A stretch of DNA of 64,000 nucleotides from Okamejei kenojei (taxonomy: Eukaryota), in assembly GCA_035221665.1 (NCBI GenBank), contig CM069140.1, forward strand, positions 14,508,001 to 14,572,000, given 5' to 3'. Under the pieces are notes generated by a model. The model was given only the letters and a program-made list of their open reading frames with translations, was not told the origin of the DNA and did not search any database. The position numbers were made by a program, and so were the translations under genes. This document shows, one piece after another, positions 24,101-33,200 of this stretch (the stretch's first letter is position 1; every line of letters begins with the position of its first letter).

Positions 24101-26658
24101 AATCCTATAAGAAGAAGAAGAAGCAGAATGGCAATATATCTTAGAAACACAACAAAATGCAGATGCTGGATTTGAGCAAAACATGAAATGCTGAGGAACA
24201 TGTGAAGGGAATGGACAGAGACTCTGGGTTAGGACCCTTCTTTAGATGGCAAGATATCTTGTTGGGCAGGTGTGAGGCGTGGGGGCACACCTGTGTTTGG
24301 TGGTGCTCTCTTACACCCACAACACTTACCCTTAATACGATAGAGATGGGAATGGCAAATGAAGTGACAGATCTGTCACAATCTTGTTAATTGTCAAACT
24401 CAAAGCATCATGTGGCTTACTTCAAGTGTTATTTTTAGCTCAAGGGGAAGGCTGACCCTGCTCAATGTTGTGAATACCCTCCCGGTACTGTCTGAAGAAG
24501 ACCCGCTGAGCTACTCCAGCTTTTTGTGTCTAGTACAGTACTTCTATCCAGACTCCAGTCTACCCTTGAGAATGAGCTATCTTAAGAAAATATTCATCTC
24601 CAGGCGCATGCAAATCCCAAAACATTTCTAAACAATCTTCAACTCTACCATTCATCTTGAAAAGTAAAGTGGAGACAGCTCGAGAGATTTAGATCCGTTG
24701 TTACTCAAAGAGACAGCATGGGACCACAAGAAAAAATCTTTGCAATCAAGGAGTCGGTTAAGCAAGGTAGACTATCAAACACAAAGATGAGGGGAAACGG
24801 GATACGAACGAGTGACCGTGGCTTATCCAAATGAGGAACTCAACAAGCAACTTGAAATCTGGACAGAGGCACTACTGATGTAGAAACATTGAGACTTGAC
24901 AACATGGGGAGGAAATCTGAACTGAAACTCAACTGTGGGAGGAAATCGACAAGGTAGGTATGTTACAAAACTTACCTTCAGCAGTGCTGCAGTTCTGCTG
25001 CAGGCCGTGCGCGCGATTTAGGCGCCTTTAAGGGGGGGGGGGGGGGGTTAAAATGCGTTTTTTTCCCTTGCCATCCGGAATAATATTTTGTCGGAGTGCG
25101 ATCTATTTCTGGAGATTCATTCCGACCACTGGTAAGTTAATTTTATTTATTTATTTATTTTTTAAATCACCCGACGATTTCTGCATAAAAATAAAAATTA
25201 GCTCCTAATGCCGTGAACTTCGACAACGGGGACCGATTTTACGTAGGGGACAGGTAAGTGAAAGCTGTTTATTTTTACATATAAACCTGCTTGTTTAGGG
25301 GACTTTAATCAATATTTCATGTTGCGAAACGGTGATTTAGTCCCCATATGAACCGGCAGAATTTTTCCTGCCGATATTGGGTTTAAATTCACTGCAGCCA
25401 CAACGTTCCAATACAGCGCGTTCCAGAAAATCCCACTCGCAAGCTGTTTAAAATGCCCATTAATTTAAGGGATTAAACACAAAATTCCTTCAATTTGGCC
25501 TATAAATTAATGACAATTTGATTTAAAAATCATGTATATTGTGAATTCTTGTGTGAATGTTATTTGGACACTTAGGCTTTAAATTTTCTTTAAATATTTT
25601 CTTAAGAAATGGATAAATGTTTAGATCTAGTAATTGAATTTTGTAATTAGCTACAATTGGGTAACTAACTAAATATATGCTTTAATTTCAGGTCATCCGA
25701 GTAAGATTGTTTCATATTAGTTCAATCTATAATAACTGAACATTTCTTTCAGTTCTCTTAATTTTTAAGAAAGTTATGGGCTTTTGATTGTCCTCGATCA
25801 CAGCTTTTGTGTTAAGTCAATGGAAAGGCAATGGGGAACATGATGCTAATTTCGGAGTATGAAAATGGCCATAACATTTTTAATACTGAAGATATGGAAG
25901 TGAATTAGGTGTCAAATTAAACTTCTTTGTATGCTTTATCTGATGGGATAAATTGCAGACTTGATTTTTTTAAATCTAAAAATGTTGTAACATTGCTAGA
26001 CAAGGTTGCAAAGAAAGAGACAGGAGGGTCTACGGGAGACAGGAGTCTGGAGACACGATAAACTACAGATGCTTAAATTTCCAGTACACATCCAAGTGTA
26101 GGAGAGTCAGTAGCATCTGTGAACAGTTGACATTTCGGGCTGGGACTCTTGCACTCAGTGGTACCACACATCCACTTCCCCCACCCACCCAACCCCACCA
26201 TGGACACTCCTCATTCACCCACAGCCTTGATCCCTAAAATTATCAGCAAACGTGGCTGGCCAAAAACAAAGTATTTTTCCTTCACCTGCTCGTCCCCTTT
26301 GCTCCTATGAACTGCTCGCCCCACACCCCCGAGGACACACGCTCGCCCACCCGGGGACGCTCCCTCGCCCCACACGTCCACGCACTGCCCGGTCCTTTAC
26401 CTGGACCACGAAGTCCCGCTGGCTGAGCTCGAAGCCCTTGTGGTCGGAGAGCCGCTCGACGGTGACCCGGAGCGGCGATATGTCGGGGTTGTCCACGGCC
26501 AGACGCTCGATCCTCGACCGGCCCGTCCGCACCGTGCCGAAGGAGACGTGGGGTACGCGGGCAAAGTGGGTGAGTGTCAGCACAGGGATGGGGTCGGACT
26601 GCTGGCTGTGTCGAGCTGAGCCCAGCTCGGGCTCCTTGGTCCGGTGCAGCGCAGCCAT
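1..26658 (-). CDS. ASPM: ASPM (abnormal spindle-like microcephaly-associated protein), 5' part: coding exons 1-15, runs off the window start
   Basis: Exons (minus): 26658-26401, 23176-23036, 18621-17415, 16329-16231, 15008-14862, 14423-14175, 10100-10033, 9858-9717, 9254-9124, 7989-7814, 5391-5249, 5160-5075, 4650-4432, 1325-1127, 134-<1. All GT-AG, phases consistent, 1133 codons in window. Diagnostic peptides [84 protein letters not shown]. Confidence 0.97.
896..1084. mobile_element. Penelope-derived fold-back terminal fragment with 15-bp TSD
   Basis: Inverted arms; TSD ATATAATTGAAGTAG at 881-895 and 1085-1099. Confidence 0.75.
1127..1325 (-). CDS. ASPM: ASPM coding exon 14 (CH domain 2)
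   Basis: [23 protein letters not shown]...CQRTTQTVE; 199 bp. Confidence 0.95.
3624..3755. repeat. 37-bp tandem repeat (~3.5 copies) inside the Helitron
   Basis: TGCTTTATTAGGTCTGACTGTGTTTGGAAGGAATAAA-like units starting 3624, 3661, 3698, 3735. Confidence 0.9.
3935..3995. repeat. (GT)n microsatellite
   Basis: Imperfect GT/GC dinucleotide run. Confidence 0.9.
4432..4650 (-). CDS. ASPM: ASPM coding exon 13
   Basis: [18 protein letters not shown]...[16 protein letters not shown]; donor GTACGT; 219 bp. Confidence 0.92.
5075..5160 (-). CDS. ASPM: ASPM coding exon 12
   Basis: [29 protein letters not shown]; 86 bp; preceded by an 88-bp intron. Confidence 0.95.
5249..5391 (-). CDS. ASPM: ASPM coding exon 11
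   Basis: [38 protein letters not shown]; 143 bp. Confidence 0.95.
5875..6085 (+). mobile_element. Degenerate CR1/HER1 LINE 3' fragment
   Basis: Similar to CR1 3' ends elsewhere in window (ACACAAGGTGGGAGGTGTCTGGAA...AGATTAGTTTAATTTGGC). Confidence 0.55.
6129..7686. mobile_element. Non-autonomous hAT element with internal inverted repeat and nested Penelope end (7163-7440)
   Basis: TIR CAGGCACGTGCC / GGCACGTACCTG; 8-bp TSD GTATGTAC / GTTTGTAC. Confidence 0.75.
7814..7989 (-). CDS. ASPM: ASPM coding exon 10 (CH domain 1 start)
   Basis: [28 protein letters not shown]...[13 protein letters not shown]; 176 bp. Confidence 0.95.
8694..9085 (+). mobile_element. HE1-type (V-SINE) tRNA-derived SINE with a duplicated head
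   Basis: Heads at 8694 and 8775 (GTGGCGCAGCGGTAGAG...CCGGGTTC), V-domain-like GGGTTTTCTCC...TTTCCTCCCACA, CR1-type tail GGGCTTGTTTCCGCGCTGTATCTCTAAACTAAACT. Confidence 0.8.
9124..9254 (-). CDS. ASPM: ASPM coding exon 9
   Basis: [44 protein letters not shown]; 131 bp. Confidence 0.95.
9717..9858 (-). CDS. ASPM: ASPM coding exon 8
   Basis: [47 protein letters not shown]; 142 bp. Confidence 0.95.
10033..10100 (-). CDS. ASPM: ASPM coding exon 7
   Basis: [23 protein letters not shown]; 68 bp. Confidence 0.95.
11024..13320 (-). mobile_element. Two head-to-tail non-autonomous Helitron units (about 13320-12298 and 12297-11024)
   Basis: Same 5' motif (..TAATTAAA.GT..CATCTTG) and 3' GGACCC-AAC-GGGTCCC hairpin plus CTAG/CCAG as the 3119-4087 element; junction CTAG|TATACTATTAAAAG. 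Confidence 0.7.
14175..14423 (-). CDS. ASPM: ASPM coding exon 6
   Basis: VNTATLFMG...[32 protein letters not shown]...LWKDL; 249 bp. Confidence 0.95.
14862..15008 (-). CDS. ASPM: ASPM coding exon 5
   Basis: [40 protein letters not shown]; 147 bp. Confidence 0.95.
15725..15935 (-). mobile_element. Possible 3' end of an RLE-type (HERO/NeSL-like) non-LTR retrotransposon
   Basis: GC-richer island; minus frame ends ...[15 protein letters not shown], resembling the WLKR...W C-terminus I recall for such elements; not verified. Confidence 0.35.
16231..16329 (-). CDS. ASPM: ASPM coding exon 4
   Basis: [33 protein letters not shown]; tctacag acceptor, G|GTAAGT donor; 99 bp keeps phase 1. Confidence 0.8.
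17415..18621 (-). CDS. ASPM: ASPM coding exon 3 (large, low-conservation exon with LSPDxF repeats)
   Basis: 412-aa ORF 17389..18627; starts RSLW after tttgcag; contains [12 protein letters not shown] and [10 protein letters not shown]; donor G|GTATGA; 1207 bp. Confidence 0.93.
19700..19930 (-). pseudogene. hAT transposase C-terminal dimerisation-domain remnant
   Basis: Hand translation [52 protein letters not shown]...[10 protein letters not shown] matches the P.SSA.AER.FS..K motif. Confidence 0.8.
20390..21710. repeat. Long inverted repeat / fold-back element (~400-bp arms)
   Basis: 20390-20820 is the reverse complement of about 21310-21710 (e.g. CCAGATCCAAATCACCGTCTCTAACTTTTCACAGGG / CCCTGTGAAAAGTTAGAAACGGTGATTGGATCTGG). 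Confidence 0.85.
21728..22178. repeat. ~450-bp palindrome with a small MITE (21900-22018) at its axis
   Basis: Arms GACAGCGGACGGCCTGATGC... / ...GCATCAGGCCGTCCGCTGTC; central TTAA-AGGGCCTGTCCC...GGGACAGACCCT-TTAA. Confidence 0.85.
22353..22483 (+). mobile_element. Short retroposon 3' end with (AAG)n tail
   Basis: 10-bp TSD AAACACTGCT at 22343-22352 and 22484-22493. Confidence 0.6.
23036..23176 (-). CDS. ASPM: ASPM coding exon 2 (ASH domain)
   Basis: Not in the ORF-track frame; hand translation [47 protein letters not shown]; acceptor tttcacag, donor AAG|GTGATT; 141 bp. Confidence 0.9.
23304..24125 (+). mobile_element. 5'-truncated I-group (Nimb-like) LINE: RNase H, zinc knuckle, 3' UTR
   Basis: [10 protein letters not shown], (W)[20 protein letters not shown]...C-x-C-x3[10 protein letters not shown]; (GAA)n tail; TSD GAATGGCAAT at 23294-23303 and 24126-24135. 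Confidence 0.85.
24955..25998. mobile_element. Non-autonomous TIR DNA transposon (hAT-like)
   Basis: Imperfect TIR TAGGTATGTTACAA / TTGTAACATTGCTA; flanking direct repeat GACAAGG(T). Confidence 0.6.
26401..26658 (-). CDS. ASPM: ASPM coding exon 1 (start of ASH domain)
   Basis: GCC-ATG-G Kozak at 26658; MAALH...[22 protein letters not shown]...FVVQ; donor CAG|GTAAAG; 258 bp, phase 0. Confidence 0.9.
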
Positions 26659-26659
26659 G

Positions 26660-27040
26660 GCTCGCCGTGGGGCTGGCTGGCGGGTGGGCGAGCGGGCAGC
26701 AACCGCCGTCCCGTATCTCTGGTCGCGAGCCCCTCGCGAGCGGGCAACCGCCGTCGCGAGCTCCGCCTGCCAATCACCGGCCGCGGCTCGTCCACAGAGC
26801 CCGCCCACCGCCACCGCCGCGGCCAATCAGGCGTCTCGGCTCATCCGCAGCGCCGGCCCACCGCCACCGCGGCCAATCAGACGCCAGAGCTCCACGACGA
26901 ACCCCGCCCCAACCGTCAGTCCCGCGGACCAATGGCAGGCGGCGCCGGCGGAATGTTTTGGTTCGAATGCGGCGCGGGCGGGTTTGGGTTTGGGTTTGAA
27001 TGCGGCCGGAGCCTGAGCTCACAGCCGAAGATAACTGCCT
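26660..27040. promoter_or_regulatory. ASPM CpG-island promoter: 4 CCAAT boxes, CHR-type hexamers, MYB-type sites, TCGCGA motifs, GC box
   Basis: CCAAT at 26770, 26823, 26873, 26929; TTCGAA 26962, TTTGAA 26995; CAACCG x3; TCGCGA at 26723, 26734, 26754; CCCCGCCCC 26902-26910; immediately 5' of the ASPM ATG. Confidence 0.8.
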
Positions 27041-28290
27041 TTACGGTTTATGTACATCATCTAGGAACTAAGATAAAGACAGAAATATAGAGCGCTTTAA
27101 ATCAAAGTTGCTTCTGATCCATGGCAAGGAACTTTGAGATCTGTTTATCTCTATCTTGCCTCTCACACACAAGGCACACACACACACAAACAAATATAAT
27201 ATACGTTAAATTTGTGCATCGTGTATGTTAAAGCAATACAAGGGAAACTGTACAAAGGCGGCTGGGGAAGAAGGATGGGAGGGAAGTGGGCAGAAACAGA
27301 TATATTAAGCAGGGGGAAAAACATTTAAAAATAAAATTAACTGAAATATGTGAATTGATAGATGAACTGTATATATTTTTTCTTTCCTCCCACAAATATG
27401 TCATATGTAAATATGTGATTCTGTTCCATTCTGTTTGAAGTTTGTTTTTTTTTTGCACAATCCGCGAGCATTGCCACTTTTAATTTCACTGCACATCTCA
27501 TACGTGTATGTGACGAATAAACTAAACTTGAACTTCTGTTCCCCTACAGCACTGATTACACCAAAGATCCGATAGCGGAGCAAGACAGACCACTCAATCA
27601 TTCATAATTCTGTTAAATTTTGTTAAAGATTAATATGTTAACAAATTATGATTCCGCTAATTGTCTTTTTTAATGTTTTTTTAAACTTTTTAACTTTTCT
27701 TTTAAATGGCTCATGTCCTGTGTTTGAGTTGATTTTTGTATTACACTTGCACTCTGTAATTCATCTAATCACACTGTTCACAGCTAAAGATACTAGAGTA
27801 GCTCTGCTCTATAATCTTTGTTCACAACTGCAGTATTTGGAAAAATAATAGCAATATGAAGATTCCAGTTGCTCTACTCTTGGAATGTTCCTTTATCATT
27901 TATTGTGTCTATGGAATTGTTTTTTAACAATAAAATCTGTCTGTAATGGTGGGGTTATCTAATGAAGTATTTAACAAAATAAAATTTGTTTTGAGATAGA
28001 TTTAAAAAATGATGTATAACTTAAGGATGGTTTTATTCAGCAACCATACAACTGATTAGATTGTGTAGGAAAGAACACACACACGTATGCGTATACATTA
28101 CATATATATGAATGTGATATAGATGTACATAATCATATAACACACACACACACACATATATTTCTCCAGCATCTGCAGTTCCTTCTTTATCACAATATAT
28201 TCTCTTTAGTTCTATTGAATGAGAAGGTGAAATCAGCCCCTTATCCTGGAAATGTATTTATGTTAGTGAAACATTCATCAATTTAAATCT

Positions 28291-28501
28291 AAGATAGACA
28301 CAAAAAGCTGGAGTAACGCAGCATCTCTGGAGAAAAGGAATATGTGACGTTTTGGATCAAGACCCTCAGTCTGAAGAAGAGTCTCGACCTGAAACATCAT
28401 CTCTTCCTTTTCTCCAGATATGCTGTCTCTCCAGTTGAGTTACTCCAGCTTTTGTGTGTCTATCTTCGATTTAAACCAGCATCTGCAGTTCCTTCCCACA
28501 C
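28291..28501. mobile_element. Penelope-derived fold-back terminal fragment
   Basis: Inverted arms; TSD CAATT(T/G)AAATCT; CTGAAGA...GAAACATC core at 28370-28398. Confidence 0.7.
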
Positions 28502-28869
28502 CAATTGAAATCTTATGTTTTTTACCATTAGGCAGATTTTCTCTGCAACTAATTTTGAAGAATTCCCAGTTTCAGTACTGCACCTAAATCTTGTGAGCCA
28601 TACAACATGGAAATGGGATCCGAGCCCCTCTCATTTTATTCTCTCGACATTCCCATCTAGCTTCCCTTGGATTCTACCACTCCTCTATCAGAAGCAATTT
28701 CACAGTGGGTGGTTGACAACTCACTCTATATGTCTCTGGGATATGTGAGGAATCTGGTGCATGTAGAGGAATCCTGTGCAGACAGACTGTGCGAACACCG
28801 CACAAACAACACTAGAGGGCTCAAGTGAGCCTGAATGGAGTTGCAACTCAATCAGCTACACTGAGACAT

Positions 28870-29003
28870 GAAGTGTTAAAGAAGGAACTGCAGATGCTGG
28901 AAAATCGAGGGCACGCAAAGAGCTGGAGAAACTCAGCGGGTGCAGCAGCATCTAAGGAGCGAAGGAGATAGGCAACATTTCGGGCTGAAACCCTTCTTCA
29001 GTC
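28870..29003 (-). mobile_element. Penelope-derived terminal fragment
   Basis: Same family sequence (AAGGAACTGCAGATGCTGG...CCCTTCTTCAG). Confidence 0.65.
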
Positions 29004-29601
29004 TATATCGTGATGTGATTGAATTTAATGCCAAAATATTTCTACCAGTCAGAATTAAAGCATGTATATGATACTGGTTGGCTTGGATCTAAATTTAGGA
29101 AACCTAGTTTTTTACTGAAATGCTTTTAAAGAATTAGACATCCAGAGTTTTCAGGTTGCATGGTCAATTTAATTTCACATAGATATAACCATGTAAGAAA
29201 AGGGAAGACACAACCCAAATCTCTTTTCATCCTCCAATAAACACGAAGGTATTATACTCAAATAATAAATATGATTGCTTTAATATTAATCTGTAACATT
29301 CATCTTTGGGTTTTAATGGTTTAAAATAATTTGTCATCTTATAACTGGAGCTAAAACATAATGTATATCGAATAGCCAAGCCTTGCATTTGGATGATAGA
29401 CAGAAGAACATAAGTAAATATAAAATTACAGATCTATTGTTTTAAAATTCATAATTATAAACATTCCCACAGTACAAAAACATGGATGATGGGAGCAAAT
29501 CATACCAATTGACCAACATGATACACAATTTATATCAAATTTTGAATTAAAAGTTTCACTTTCCTGCATAGGACAATTCCACAGTGTGCTGTTCATTGGG
29601 T

Positions 29602-30254
29602 TTAATGTTCTACATTGGAAATACTTTGTACGGGTGTACCCGTGTCAAGTCCAAGTAAAGTTCCGAGATATGAAGGCTCTCTGGCATCTAACATTTGATC
29701 ATCACGAACCGGATGCACAATGTTGGCAGGTTGTGGCGTAAGGGTATACTTCTCCAGAAATGCAAGATCTGTGGCTCGTTGAAAATCAGTCTGCTGAGAT
29801 GGTTGTTGGGAGTGAAGGAGGCTGTGAGGTTGTGAACCCAAAGTTGCAGTATGTGTTGGAGCATCAGACTGTACAGTAGCAGCACCTATCCGTACTGGTA
29901 CAAGTGTCACATCTCCATGAAGGTTCTGAATCGCTGTTTTGTTCTCTGTTGAATAGTCCTTATTTTGATGCAAATATGATTTAGCTTCTGTTTGGTACAT
30001 TTTTCCATCCTGCACATATAACAATTCCTGAGATACCATTTTCATTTCACAAGCAGCCACAATTGGCTGTTCTATAGACTTAGTGCCATGAACATGATCC
30101 ATATGATACTTCAGTTTGTCTTTCCGTTTGAAAGTTGCATTGCAATGATGACAGTTGAATGGGCGGGCATCTGAATGGATGACCATGTGTTTTGTTAAAG
30201 TCTTCTTAATTCGAAATGTTTGGTTACAAACTTGACATTTATAGGGCTTTTCAC
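29602..30254 (-). CDS. ZBTB41: ZBTB41 last coding exon
   Basis: [38 protein letters not shown]...SISNVEH*; stop TAA at 29604-29602. Confidence 0.95.
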
Positions 30255-33200
30255 CTGTGGCAAAGAAAACACCTTGGTTATGTTTTATTCTGAGTCTTAA
30301 AGCAGATTACAATACATTCCTCACTAATCTTTTCTGAATTATGATTTTCAAACAAAGATCTTAGTATTAGGGGGTACCTGGATTAATGCTATGTAATCAA
30401 GTCCAAACCAAATTATATGTAATCTTACAAAGATCATTATCGAACCAATGAAAGCAAAGTTCAACATTTTTTAGAACGAAAAGCAAGTATCCCAAGACGA
30501 ATAGGAAATTTTCTCCATCTATATTGTAAGATTTGGGGCTTAAAAGGGAATTTGGGATACAAAGGTGAAATATCAATACTTTGGCTTTTTATTGAAATAC
30601 CAGTTAATAGCTGTACATTGCCGGTTTCTACCATGTATATTTAATCTTTTGACTCCATGGCTTTTGAAAGGCTGACAAATGAAATCGCTCTACACACTTT
30701 CTTAAACCAAAATACCTCAGGATAGATTCAGTATAAAACTGTGATATTATTCAAAGGGCTTGCAGGTTTGCAGATATTCTAAGAAATAGCTTTGGAATCG
30801 GTTAATAGAACCGAAGAGGTTCTCAAAAAGGCATGCAAGCACTTGATTCTTGCACCAATGTTCTGATGCTCCACTGAGAGGGTAGTTAAGAATGAATGCA
30901 AAGATTGCACCAGACACTAGCTAAGCTGCCTGGAAAATGGTCCAGGTGCAGATGCAGCTCATGTAAATTTGACTTGGTCTGGAAGATAGTTCACACTTTG
31001 GGCCCCACATTATGTCTGCTTTATGATTAGGCAACATTGAATTTTTGAAAAACAGAAAATTCAGGGAGGTAGTTCAGATATGAAATGTGGAAATTTGGAA
31101 ATTACGCCACCATTGATGTAGGTGCGTAATTTGATCATTGCTGAGCTATTTGAAGACACAATCAACACATTTAGAAAGTGGCAGCCATCACTATAGTGAG
31201 AAGAACAAATTGCTGTCACAATCTACACCTTGTTCTTTTACTCAATTCAAACGTATTTTACCTTGCAAGTGAACATGTTCTCCAGGAAACCCATTACTTA
31301 TCATCAATAAACCAAGTTATATCAAGCTTCTATCATCAGTCTATGGTATCCATACTAAACAAACTATTATGGATCTCTGTAAATCCAGAGTTAATGTTCC
31401 AATGGATGATCCTTGGTTGTGTATATTATGACACTCCACATAAATTACAATACTTATTATCCAATTACAAATACGTTAAATGTAGCCCATATTCCAACAA
31501 ACTAAAAGACAAAGGATCTGTTGGAAGGAACTGCAGATGCTGGTTTAAATCAAAGGTAGACACAAAATGCTGGAGTAACTCAGTGGGACAGGCAGCATCT
31601 CTGGAGAGAAGGAATGGGTGACATTTCGGGTCGAGACCTTTCTTCAGACTGACAAAGATATAGGTAGAAAATAGAACCAAGGAAACAAGGGCGATACCAA
31701 TTGCAATCGTAAATTCATTAGTCTTGGGTCAATGTTGGAAACTAATTACTATTTTGAATTTTTCGTTATCTACCGATTTTGTTTTAAAGAGAGTCATAGA
31801 GTGATACGGGTCCTTTGGCCCACCTTGCCCACACCGGCAAACATGTCCCAGCTACACTAGTGCCACCTGCCTGTGTTTGATCTATATCCTTCCAAAGCTG
31901 TCCTAGCCATGTACCTGTCTAAATGCTTCTTAAACATTGGGATAGTCCCTGCCTCAACTACCTCCTCTGGCAACTTGTTCCATACACCCACCACCCTTTG
32001 TGTGAAAAAGTGACCCCTCACATTCCTATTAAATATTTTCTCCTTCACCTTAATCCTATGACCTCTAGTCCTCAATTCACCTACTTTGGGCAAGACACTG
32101 TGCATCTACCCAATCTATTCCTCAAAATCTCAGAGAAAATAAACATGGTCATAAGGAGAACGTTCAAACTCCATACTGACAGCACCTGTAGACAGGATTG
32201 AACCCGGGTCCCTGGCGCTGCAAACACTGTAAGGCAGCAGCTCTACAGCTGCACCACAGTGCTGCCCATTATCAATAAATCCTTTACGGGATACGGATGG
32301 AGATAACTTAATGGTCACTGTTACTAGATTTTTAATTCCAAATTACATTGAGTAAATTTAATTCCAAATTTACGCAATGTAGATTCCTCAGATGCCGCAA
32401 CAGGATTCGAACTTGCATCGCTGGATCAATAATACAAACACAAGATCATAAGACATAGGAGCAGAATTAGGCCATTTGACCCCAGCGAGTTTACATCGCC
32501 ATTCGATCATGACTGATCTAAATTTCTCCTCTCAACCTCGTTCTCCTGTCTTCTCTGCATAACCTTTGATACCCTTGTGTTGGATAAAAATCCAATAATT
32601 TAAACACCTCTTGACAACCATTGAAACTTTGCATGCAAAATATGATTACTTATGAATCTCAAATGCAGACTCGAGAAATTAATGGGAAGTTTAATAAAAT
32701 TAATAAGACGGAGGAAGAGAGCAAAGTGAAATAGATCACAGCCGTGAAGGCTGTCACAAAGCGTATTATCCGGATACCTGAATGCGTCCTAAAATGCATA
32801 TCCAAGCTTGATTTTCCTTTAAATTCTTTTTTGCATACTTCACATTGATGAAGAGCGGCTTTGTACCTGTAATCGGTATGGGAAAATGTTAGAATCAAAG
32901 AACTGCAGATGCTGGTTTATTCAAAAGATAGACAGACATACAATGCTGGAGTAACACAGCGGGTCAGCCAGCATCACTGGAGTAAAAGGATTACGTTTTA
33001 GGTCGGGACCCTTAGATCACCACCTATCCTTTTTCTCCAGTGTTGCTGCCTGACCTGCTGTGTTACCCTGAAGCAGCGTATTTGTCTGTGAAAAAATGTT
33101 AGATGTTTTTGTTGTCATTGTTCATCAACCAAAGCTCAGTGAACATTCTACCCACATAACTCCTAATTTTAATATTTACCTACTACGGTGGAGACTATTG

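Noticed and set aside
26252-27090. Long plus-strand ORFs (254, 141, 148 aa) and the 56-codon extension upstream of the ASPM ATG
   Set aside because: Stop-poor GC-rich CpG island; no recognisable domain; the extension begins at a non-ATG codon among CCAAT boxes
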